A stretch of DNA of 56,614 bases from Myxococcales bacterium (lineage in GTDB: Bacteria > Myxococcota_A > UBA796 > SXON01). Where the stretch lies: contig SHYV01000001.1 of assembly GCA_009692605.1 (NCBI GenBank), positions 1-56,614 of the forward strand, written 5' to 3'. Below, in pieces: positions 44,682 through 52,774 of this stretch (position 1 is its first letter; each line of letters opens with the position of its first letter). Under the pieces are notes generated by a model. It made no database searches and had not been told where the DNA came from. It worked only from the letters and a program-made list of their open reading frames with translations. A program made the position numbers and the translations under genes.

Positions 44682-46006
44682 GGGACGGCCGGGGCGAGCG
44701 CGAGGGTGTCGAGGACCGCGTCGCCTATGGCCCTGCGGCCGCTGCACGAATCCTGCGACGCGCAGCTCGCCGGCAGCAGGTAGCCGGCGCGGGTGCGGAG
44801 CCCGTCGTGCTCGACGATCCGCTCGACGATCACCCACGGCTCTTCATCATTCTCCACCGTCACGAAGAAACCCAGCGGGACGCCCTCGATCGTGCTGGCC
44901 TCGGCACGTCCATCCAGCCACTGGCCCCAGAGCTGCTGCTCCCGCGCCGCGGGCTTTTGCTGTGTAGGCTCCAACCCCGCATCGGTCAGGGGCCCGTCGC
45001 CGACGAACGTCCCTGCGAAGATCGGGTAGAGGTCGCCCGAGGACCACGCCTGCATGCCCTTCCACCGGCCCGAATGCGCGTGCCAGCGCGCGGGTAACGA
45101 GAGTGAAATCCCCTCCGAGACCTGCACGGCGGACCAGGAACCCGCCCAGACCGACGGCGGGGTCCATGGCAACAGCGCGGTCAGACCGAACGACGCTGCC
45201 GTCAGGACCTTGCCTCGCGCGGGGTGAAACGGCCGCGACGCGACGACGGCGAGGACTCCGCCGACGAGCCCGCCGGCGTGCCCAGCGAGTGAGACTGAGG
45301 GCCCGTCGAACAGGCTCATGAACGCGAGGGGCAGGAACAGGACGAGGTTGCCGACCCCATACCGGCTCTGGAGCTCGGCCGGGACCAGCGCCGAGTGGCG
45401 GAACCCGATCGCGATCTGCGCGCCCCAGACGCCGTATGCGAGCGTGCTGGCGCCGACCACGGGCAGGTCGCTCCAGAGCAGGATGGCGATGGCGCTAGAC
45501 AACAGCGCCATCGCGTACACCGAGGCCGCTCCCCAAGCCCCGAGCACCCGCTCGGTGCGGTACCCGCTGTACGCCAGGAGCGGCAAGTTCACTGCGAGGT
45601 GGCCGACGCTCACGTGGGTGAGGGCCGCGGTGAACGGCGTCCAGAACGCGCGCTCCATCACCGTTCGCTCAAACCCGATCGAAGTCGCGTCCATCACGGC
45701 GTCTCCGTGCCCCGCGATCCAGAACAACGCCTGCGCCGCCCCAATCAGCGTGAGCACGGCGCACACCACGACGGTGACCCAGGGCACACCGAAACCACGC
45801 AGCTGTGCGCACATCCGGGCCTCTTCGGCGGCCAGAGCGTCGCGCAACGCCGCGATCTCCCGAGCGGGTACGAAGCTGTCTCCGGTCCAATCCGCATTCT
45901 GGATGTGAACGGAGTCTGGCATTCGTCCCCTGCGGAGCTCTTCTTCAAGCTCCACAGGCGGGATGAGGTAGGTCTCAAGGCTCGTTCGAACCTGGGCGGG
46001 AGGCAC
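44678..46006 (-). CDS. Rhomboid-family intramembrane serine protease with N- and C-terminal extra domains
   Basis: Six-TM core containing GASTLAYGVWG (catalytic Ser) and HAGGLVGGVL (catalytic His). An extra domain of about 170 aa follows the core. Confidence 0.8.
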   Translation of the reverse strand: MPPAQVRTSLETYLIPPVELEEELRRGRMPDSVHIQNADWTGDSFVPAREIAALRDALAAEEARMCAQLRGFGVPWVTVVVCAVLTLIGAAQALFWIAGHGDAVMDATSIGFERTVMERAFWTPFTAALTHVSVGHLAVNLPLLAYSGYRTERVLGAWGAASVYAMALLSSAIAILLWSDLPVVGASTLAYGVWGAQIAIGFRHSALVPAELQSRYGVGNLVLFLPLAFMSLFDGPSVSLAGHAGGLVGGVLAVVASRPFHPARGKVLTAASFGLTALLPWTPPSVWAGSWSAVQVSEGISLSLPARWHAHSGRWKGMQAWSSGDLYPIFAGTFVGDGPLTDAGLEPTQQKPAAREQQLWGQWLDGRAEASTIEGVPLGFFVTVENDEEPWVIVERIVEHDGLRTRAGYLLPASCASQDSCSGRRAIGDAVLDTLALAPAVP

Positions 46007-46032
46007 GAACCAAGCTTACCCGGGGCGACCCT

Positions 46033-46221
46033 CTACTTGGTCTCTTTGTGCCCGGTGACCTTGCGCTCGTAGCGACAGTACTTGTTCAGCTCCATGCGAG
46101 CAGCGGTGTTTTTCTTGTTCTTCTGCGTCACATACCGGCTGACGCCGGGCACGCCGCTGGTGCGGCAGGTGGTGCATTCGAGGTGGATGACCTGACGGCC
46201 CTGGGCCTTCTTCTTCGCCAT
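46033..46221 (-). CDS. rpmG: 50S ribosomal protein L33 (3-Cys variant)
   Basis: LECTTC...[26 protein letters not shown] matches L33. The fourth zinc-ribbon Cys position is Glu here. Confidence 0.85.
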   Translation of the reverse strand: MAKKKAQGRQVIHLECTTCRTSGVPGVSRYVTQKNKKNTAARMELNKYCRYERKVTGHKETK

Positions 46222-46333
46222 GTTCGACTCCAGCTTGTTGGACCCGGGCGGCTATTGCTGGGCGCGAGCGGTGTCAAGGGCTGTGGTGGGGGCTTAGGGG
46301 TCGGCGGTTCGGCGACGCCGGGCTTCGCAAGCC

Positions 46334-47104
46334 TCACTCGCCCGTCGTGATCGCACGCCCGGTGCGCGCCCAGCCCCACATCCCCTCGTCGTAGTGGGCC
46401 ACCGCAAACCCCGCGTTTCGCAGTAGCAGCCATGCCATGCCGCTGCGCACCCCGCCCGTGCACGTGACCACGATGGGCTGACCCGCTGGCACTCTCGCCA
46501 GACCAGCAGGCGCGAACAGGTCCTTCCATGGCACGTTCAACGCCCCGGGGATGTGCCCGGCGCGGGACTCTCCGTAGGGGGTGGCGCCGGAAAACTCGGC
46601 AGGCTCGCGCACGTCTACCACCCGTCCCGTCCCGTCCTCGAGCCACGCCGCGAGCTGCCCCGTGCCGATGCGCTCGGCTGAACGCGGGTCGGCAATGAAA
46701 TCGCCCGCGGTCGCCGGTCCCGCAGGCCGGCGGGTCCGCGCCCCCGTCCACGCTACCATTCCACCGCGCAGCACGTGCACATCGGGGTGCCCTAGGTAGT
46801 CCAGATCCCAGTAGATCCGGCCCTCCTCGCCCCACCCCAGGTCCCAGTCCCCGACGACGAGGACCGGCCGGCTCCCGCTCACCCCGAGGCCGGCGAACGC
46901 TGTCGCTGCGGCAGCAGCATCCCCGAGCCCGCCGTCCGTGGCGCGCCCCGAGGTCCCGATGCGCCAGGAGGTGTGGACCGCCCCGAGGATGTGTCCGGCT
47001 GCCAGGAACGACATGAGCGAGCGTGTGTCCAGCACCGTCGCCCCCGCGCCCACGAGTGACATCGCCTGCGCTATGCCGACGATCGGCGGAAGTTGAGACG
47101 GCAT
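46334..47104 (-). CDS. Tandem-rhodanese sulfurtransferase (thiosulfate/3-mercaptopyruvate type)
   Basis: Two rhodanese domains, with the active-site loop VVTCTGGVRSG in the second. Confidence 0.8.
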   Translation of the reverse strand: MPSQLPPIVGIAQAMSLVGAGATVLDTRSLMSFLAAGHILGAVHTSWRIGTSGRATDGGLGDAAAAATAFAGLGVSGSRPVLVVGDWDLGWGEEGRIYWDLDYLGHPDVHVLRGGMVAWTGARTRRPAGPATAGDFIADPRSAERIGTGQLAAWLEDGTGRVVDVREPAEFSGATPYGESRAGHIPGALNVPWKDLFAPAGLARVPAGQPIVVTCTGGVRSGMAWLLLRNAGFAVAHYDEGMWGWARTGRAITTGE

Positions 47105-47136
47105 CTCGCCGAGATATCCGGTAGAGGGTACGACCT

Positions 47137-48630
47137 GTGCGAGTGTCTTCGCTGTCTGCCGCTCCCACGAACCTGCGCCTGGCGCGACTCGCGGGCGTAC
47201 TGCTCGCGGCGATACAGTGGGGCCGGTTCTCGGACGAACGGTACGTCATCGACGACGCATGGATCTCGTTCCGCACGGCGCGAAACCTCGTGGAGGCGGG
47301 CGGGCTCACATTTGATCTGACGCAGCCGCCCGTCGAGGGGGTGACCAACCTGCTCTGGACGCTGCTGAGCGCGTTGGGGCAGTGGGTGGCGCCGGCTGCG
47401 GACCCGGCGGTGGTGGCTCGGACGGTCGGGGGGCTTTGCCTGCTTGGGGTCGTGTGGTTGGCCACGGGCCTGACCGCACGGTGGGCCGACCGTCCCGTGG
47501 TCGGCGCCCTGTTTACGTCGCTCGCGCTGGGAGGGGCGGGCAGCCTCGCTTTCCACTCGTTGAGCGGGCTGGAGTCAGGGTTCTACCTTCTGCTGTGGGT
47601 CGCGACGCTGGAGGTGGTCGAAGGGGCGGGTCCGGCGCCGATCAGCCGTGCGCGCGGCGCTTCGCTCGCGGGCCTGTTGATCGCGCTCGGCATGACGCGC
47701 CCGGAGGGCGTGCTGCTTGGGGGGCTCACCTTCTTGTTCGCGCTCACTCGGTGGGGGCCCGCCGGCCGTGGGCGCGCGATCGCCGCTGCCGGCGCCTGGG
47801 CCTGCGGGATCGCCGCGCTCGAGGCGTTTCGCCTCCTCTACTTTGGGGCGCTCGTTCCCAACACTTTTCACGCCAAGCCTCCGAACCTTGAAGGCGGCTG
47901 GGGGTACCTGCTCCGGTTCTGCCAGGCGACCGGGTGGGTCGGCGCGCTCGGGTTGGTAGCCGCGATGCGCACGCGGGCTGTAGGGTGGCTCGCGGGGATC
48001 GCTGTGGTGATGCTGGCAGGCGCTGTCTGGTCGGGCGGGGATTGGATGCCCGGGTTTCGGCGGGCAATGGACGTCTACGTGATCATCGCGATCGGGGCGG
48101 GCGTCGCCGTTGGTTCGAGAGAGGCGTGGCGACGGCGAGCGGGAGCGGTGGGCGCCGGGGCCCTTGCCCTTGGGTCGCTCTGGATGGCGGTGACCGGGCT
48201 GGACGCCGGACGCTACGGGCAGGTCGTTTACGGGCAGGTGGGATCGCTCCTGGCGCGCACCCCGGAGGTCGACACCGTCGCCGCGGCCGATGTGGGTCAC
48301 TTGGGGTGGTGTTTTCCAGGTTCGATCCTCGATCTGGGAGGGCTCACCGACGCCCGCTGGGCCGCTTCGGGCGGCTGGGATGAGGCGTGGTTCAGGGAGC
48401 GAGACCCAGACGTCCTGCTCGTCGTGACCGGGTCCCCTCTGCAGCCTGATCTGGTCGAGACCGCCGGAGTGCGAGCCTATGAGGCCCGAGCGCTCCAGTA
48501 TGTAAGAGAGTCCGGGCGCTATCGGCTGCGCGCGGTCATCCCGCTCCCCGGTCTCACCCAAATGGCCGTCATCGCCCGGGATGGAGTGGAGATGCCCGAC
48601 GCGATCTGGGGTGAAGCGCCGACGCGCTGA
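47137..48630 (+). CDS. Polytopic membrane protein, GT-C-type glycosyltransferase-like
   Basis: The N-terminal loop motif YVIDDAWISFRTARNL is followed by about 10 hydrophobic segments and a soluble C-terminal domain. GTG start at 47137. Confidence 0.6.
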   Translation: MRVSSLSAAPTNLRLARLAGVLLAAIQWGRFSDERYVIDDAWISFRTARNLVEAGGLTFDLTQPPVEGVTNLLWTLLSALGQWVAPAADPAVVARTVGGLCLLGVVWLATGLTARWADRPVVGALFTSLALGGAGSLAFHSLSGLESGFYLLLWVATLEVVEGAGPAPISRARGASLAGLLIALGMTRPEGVLLGGLTFLFALTRWGPAGRGRAIAAAGAWACGIAALEAFRLLYFGALVPNTFHAKPPNLEGGWGYLLRFCQATGWVGALGLVAAMRTRAVGWLAGIAVVMLAGAVWSGGDWMPGFRRAMDVYVIIAIGAGVAVGSREAWRRRAGAVGAGALALGSLWMAVTGLDAGRYGQVVYGQVGSLLARTPEVDTVAAADVGHLGWCFPGSILDLGGLTDARWAASGGWDEAWFRERDPDVLLVVTGSPLQPDLVETAGVRAYEARALQYVRESGRYRLRAVIPLPGLTQMAVIARDGVEMPDAIWGEAPTR

Positions 48631-48708
48631 ACGGGTAGGGTTGCCCCCCAGGTCAGGTCATTGGGTAGGCGCTATCCGTTGCCCGTACTGGCCGGAGAGG
48701 AGCAGCGT

Positions 48709-49831
48709 ATGGATCCCGCCCGTCCTCCTGCGCCGGTTCGCGGCGATGGTGCTGTGGCGGCGAGCTCAGCTGCCCGCGTTGCCTCTTCTGCTCGTTGTCG
48801 TGCTCCCCGGGTTCGGGGCCTGGGCGGGCGCAGTTCTCGCGGCGGCTGCCTCACGAGGCCGGAGGGAGCGGGCGTCGCGCTGGTTGGCCTCCTTCGGATG
48901 GGGCTCGCTCGCGCTCCCGGGCTGCGGCCCGCGCTGGTCGCGTTCGGCGTGCCTATGGTGGGGTACGGGTTGTTTCGCCTCTGGTATTTTGGTGATTGGC
49001 TGCCGAATCCGGCGCGGGCCAAGATCGGCGGCCTCCCCGCGATCACGGAGCTGGAGGTCGCCGCGGCGTACCTGCAGGCGTCCTAGCAGGGCTGGGCGCC
49101 TGGCGCGGCGGCTGCGGCGATCGCGGTCGTTTTGCATCGGGGCGCGACTGACGACGCCGGCGGTGGCGATGCTGGCCTTGGCCGCGGCGCTCGGCGCAGG
49201 CGAGCGGATGCGCGCGCCGGCTGGGGGGGCGCTGGTGGTGGGCGGGGTGCTCCAGGCCTGGTTCACCTTTACTCTGCCGGTGGCGCGGGACTTTGCGGCG
49301 TCCCTCGGGGACCCGATCGGGAGGTTCCTCGAGTTGAACCTGCAGCCCGGCGCGCTCGTCGCCACGGCGTCGGCTGGCGCGACCGCCTTCCGGGCGCCGT
49401 CGATCAACTTCCTACATTCATTGGGTCTTAATGACAAGCACATCGCTTCGCGGCGGGTGGGCGCGATCCTCACGAGGGGCCAGCACATGCCCGGCCACCA
49501 GAAGGGGGGCGGCGCCTACGTGCTCCGTCGTGAGCCCGATCTTGTGATCCTCGGACCGACAGAAGGCTACCTCGGGACAGACCCCACGTTGTGGATCCTG
49601 ACCGAATAGGGGCTGCTCGGCGCCCCGGAGTTCAGGGCGGACTACCAGCCGTTCGCGTTCGACATCCCGGCGACCGCAGAGGAGGCCGAGTGGCCTGCGG
49701 TCGCCCGGCTGGTCCTGCGCACGGCCAACCCGTCGAGGCGCTGCTTCCCGCTCGTTGCCTACGTGCGGGTGGGCGCGGAGCCGCGCCTTGTGGCCCTGGG
49801 TACGCGGCTGGTCCCACCTTGGGGGGAGTGA
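48709..49831 (+). pseudogene. Decayed, N-terminally truncated paralogue of the upstream GT-C-like gene (frameshifts plus two in-frame TAG stops)
   Basis: Protein-like text is split over two frames. FRLWYFGDWLPNPARAK...ELEVAAAYLQAS-TAG(49084-49086)-QGW parallels FRLLYFGALVPNTFHAK...NLEGGWGYLLRFCQATGW upstream. The C-terminal block ...REPDLVILGP...LTE-TAG(49607-49609)-GLLGAPEFRADYQPFAF... then continues open for 74 more codons to TGA 49829-49831. Confidence 0.5.
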
Positions 49832-49854
49832 TTTTGCCAGCCCCGTGGTAGGCA

Positions 49855-51054
49855 TTGACCATGACATCGAACGACCAGAATTCTGCGGCGCCCGCCCCCC
49901 CCCGCCTTGACGTCGAGCAGTCCGTCCGCGACCGCTACTCCGAGGGGGCGGTGAGCCGCGTCGCCGCGCTGTGCTGTCCGGTAGACTATGACCCGAAGTA
50001 CCTCAAGATTCTCCCGGATGAGGTGCTCGAGCGCGACTACGGCTGCGGGGACCCGAGCCGTTACGTGCGTGAGGGCGACACCGTGTTGGATCTCGGCTCC
50101 GGCGGCGGGAAGATCTGCTTCATCGCAAGCCAAATCGTCGGTGCTGCCGGGCGGGTCATCGGCGTAGACATGAACCCGGACATGCTGGACCTCGCGCGGC
50201 GCAACGCCCCGCTGGTGGCCGAGCGCGTCGGCTACGCCAACGTGGAGTTCCACCGCGGCCGGATTCAGGACCTGCAGCTTGCGCTGGACGCCGTGGACGC
50301 CCGTCTTTCCGGGCACCCGATCCGGACGGCCGACGATCTCGCCGCCCACGCCAGCTGGGAGCGCGACCTCCGTGCGACGCTCCCGATGATCGCGGACAAT
50401 TCCGTGGACGTCGTCGTGAGCAACTGCGTGCTGAACCTCGTGGATGACACGGCGAAGCCTCTGCTCATCCGGGAGATCTTCCGGGTGCTGAAGGTCGGTG
50501 GTCGCATCGCCATCTCCGACATCGTCAGCGACGAGGTGGCGCCGCAGGCCTTGCGCGACGACCCCGTCTTGTGGTCAGGTTGCATCAGCGGCGCGTTTCA
50601 GGAGATGGAGCTCTTGACAATGCTTGAACAAGCTGGATTTTACGGCGTAGCATGGGACAAGTGGGAGGCCCTTCCCTGGCAGGTGGTGAACGGAATCGAG
50701 TTCCGCTCAGTGACCGTCACCGCCATGAAGGGCAAGCAGGGTGCGTGCTGGGAGGGGAACCACGCGGTGATCTTCGCGGGCCCCTGGAAGCAGGTGGAAG
50801 ACGACGACGGGCACATTCTCCGACGAGGGGAGCGCGTGGCGGTGTGCGAGAAGACCTTCCACATCCTCACCACTGGGCCTTACCGGGACCAGGTGATCGG
50901 CATCGAGCCTCGTGTGCCGGTCGCGGGCGAGGACCGTCGACCTTTCGACTGCACCCGGACGGTCGCGCGGCACCCTCGCGAGACCAAGGGGCTGGAGTAT
51001 CAAGTGACCAGTGAGGCTCTCGCCTGCTGTGTGCCGGGCGAGGGGTGTCCGTGA
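49855..51054 (+). CDS. arsM: SAM-dependent methyltransferase, arsenite methyltransferase (ArsM)-like
   Basis: SAM motif VLDLGSGGGKICF and Cys pairs (LCCPVDY, YGCGDP) as in ArsM. TTG at 49855, ATG at 49861. Confidence 0.75.
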   Translation: MTMTSNDQNSAAPAPPRLDVEQSVRDRYSEGAVSRVAALCCPVDYDPKYLKILPDEVLERDYGCGDPSRYVREGDTVLDLGSGGGKICFIASQIVGAAGRVIGVDMNPDMLDLARRNAPLVAERVGYANVEFHRGRIQDLQLALDAVDARLSGHPIRTADDLAAHASWERDLRATLPMIADNSVDVVVSNCVLNLVDDTAKPLLIREIFRVLKVGGRIAISDIVSDEVAPQALRDDPVLWSGCISGAFQEMELLTMLEQAGFYGVAWDKWEALPWQVVNGIEFRSVTVTAMKGKQGACWEGNHAVIFAGPWKQVEDDDGHILRRGERVAVCEKTFHILTTGPYRDQVIGIEPRVPVAGEDRRPFDCTRTVARHPRETKGLEYQVTSEALACCVPGEGCP

Positions 51055-52082
51055 TGACCACCGCGGGCTCCCTGCCCGGGGGGGAGTTCGAAGCGGCCCT
51101 CGCCCGGTCGGGGTTTCCCGATGGGCTTGGCGTTGGTAATCTCGAGATATTTCAGGTCAACATCGGCAAGTTGTGCAACATGTCCTGTCGGCATTGCCAT
51201 GTGGACGCGGGGCCGCACCAGGTGGCCGAGAACATGGACCGCGCCACCATGGAGGCCTGTTTGGCCGCCTTGGACCAGACGCCGGCGCACACGGTGGACA
51301 TCACGGGGGGCGCGCCCGAGCTGAACCCGGGCTTCGAGTGGTTGGTCGAGCAGTGCCTGATCCGTGGAAAGCACGTGATCGACAGGTGCAACCTGACTGT
51401 GCTGCTTATTCCCAAGTACGCACACCTGCCTGGTTGGTTCGCCGAGCGCGGCGTGGAGGTGGTGTGCTCGTTGCCGCACCACAGGAAGCCCAACACCGAC
51501 GCGCAGCGGGGTGAGGGGACGTGGGATCGCTCGATCGAGGCGCTAAAGTTGCTGAATGCGGTCGGATACGGGCAAGGGGATCCCTGCCGACGCCTGACGC
51601 TCATGCACAACCCGGCAGGGGCGTTTCTTCCCGGCGGGCAGGCCAGCATGGAGCGTGAGTGGAAAGCCGGGCTGCTCCGCACCACGGGCGTGACCTTCGA
51701 CAGGCTGATCGCCCTGAACAACATGCCGATCAGCCGGTTCCTTGAATGGCTGGTCCAGACGGGCAACCTCGACAGCTACATGGCGAAGCTGACCGCCGCG
51801 TTCAACCCGGCTGCCATCCCCGGCCTCATGTGCAGGAACACGCTCTCGGTCGGCTGGGACGGCCAGATCTACGACTGCGACTTCAACCAGATGCTCGCCC
51901 TCCCGGCCCTCGCGCAGAAATGGGTAGGATCCGCGGAGGGCGGATCCTACCCATTCTTGAGCGCTGGGTCGGTGCGGGAATTCGACTATGCCGCGCTGCG
52001 AGCGCGGCGAGTGCGGGTGGGGCGGCACTGTTTTGGATGCACGGCGGGCGCAGGCAGCTCCTGCGGCGGGGCGACGGCGTAG
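51045..52082 (+). CDS. arsS: Arsenosugar-biosynthesis radical SAM / Cys-rich-domain protein ArsS
   Basis: FQVNIGKLCNMSCRHCHVDAGP, DITGGAPELNP, DRCNLTVL, and the C-terminal Cys-rich HCFGCTAGAGSSCGG. Start candidates are GTG 51045, GTG 51051 and ATG 51054, the last overlapping the arsM stop. Confidence 0.85.
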   Translation: MSVMTTAGSLPGGEFEAALARSGFPDGLGVGNLEIFQVNIGKLCNMSCRHCHVDAGPHQVAENMDRATMEACLAALDQTPAHTVDITGGAPELNPGFEWLVEQCLIRGKHVIDRCNLTVLLIPKYAHLPGWFAERGVEVVCSLPHHRKPNTDAQRGEGTWDRSIEALKLLNAVGYGQGDPCRRLTLMHNPAGAFLPGGQASMEREWKAGLLRTTGVTFDRLIALNNMPISRFLEWLVQTGNLDSYMAKLTAAFNPAAIPGLMCRNTLSVGWDGQIYDCDFNQMLALPALAQKWVGSAEGGSYPFLSAGSVREFDYAALRARRVRVGRHCFGCTAGAGSSCGGATA

Positions 52083-52085
52083 TCG

Positions 52086-52766
52086 GTGGTCTCGGTGATC
52101 ATCCCCACGCTGAACGAGGCTCACGCGTTGCCGGTGCTGATCCGGGCGCTGGAGCGAGAGGTCGGGGAGGCCGGCGAGATTTTGGTGAGCGACGCCGGGA
52201 GTACGGATGGAACGGCCGAGCGTGCCCGGGAGCTTGGGGCCCGGGTGGTCGTCGGGGGCGCGGGGCGCGGGGCGCAGCTGGCGGCGGCGGTCGCGGTCTC
52301 TCGGGGCGACCGGCTGTGGTTCCTGCACGCGGACAGCCTGGTGGGCGCCGAGTCGGGTCGGGCGCTCGCCGTAGCCAGGGCCCGTTGGGGCTGCTTCGCG
52401 ACGCGGATTGGCAGTGCGGATCCGCGGCTGCGGCTCTGCGCGCGATGGATGACCCACAGGGCCAGATCGAGCGGTTCCTGCACAGGCGACATGGGGATCT
52501 GGATGGACCGCGACGTGTACGGTTCGCTGGGCGGGTTCCGCCCCCTTCCGGCGTTCGAAGATCTCGACTTGTCCGACCGCGCCCGCGCCCGGTACCCGTG
52601 GGCGGTGCTGGAGCCCGCGCTGATCACCTCCGCTCGTCGCTGGGAGATCGACGGGACCTCCCGGACGATGGCGCGCTTCCTCGGGTTTCGGCTCGGCTAC
52701 CGCATCGGGATCGACCCGGACCGGCTCGCGGCGGCCTACACGGCGGGCGCCAGACACCCGAGATGA
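52086..52766 (+). CDS. GT2-family glycosyltransferase of the radical-SAM/arsenosugar-associated type
   Basis: VSVIIPTLNEAHAL (GT2 N-terminus) and the DxD-like VSDAGSTDGT. It lies immediately downstream of arsS. Confidence 0.75.
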   Translation: MVSVIIPTLNEAHALPVLIRALEREVGEAGEILVSDAGSTDGTAERARELGARVVVGGAGRGAQLAAAVAVSRGDRLWFLHADSLVGAESGRALAVARARWGCFATRIGSADPRLRLCARWMTHRARSSGSCTGDMGIWMDRDVYGSLGGFRPLPAFEDLDLSDRARARYPWAVLEPALITSARRWEIDGTSRTMARFLGFRLGYRIGIDPDRLAAAYTAGARHPR

Positions 52767-52774
52767 TCAGCGGG

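Noticed and set aside
46128-47465. Minus-strand ORF of 445 aa spanning the rpmG upstream region, the rhodanese gene and the GT-C 5' end
   Set aside because: It is out of frame with the rhodanese gene, which has an active-site CTGGVRSG loop, and its translation is Arg/Ser/Pro-rich.
51045-52082. Selenocysteine-containing form of ArsS (an in-frame TGA plus SECIS)
   Set aside because: The ORF is uninterrupted to TAG at 52080-52082. The C-terminal motif positions are occupied by Cys (HCFGCTAGAGSSCGG), so this is the Cys form.
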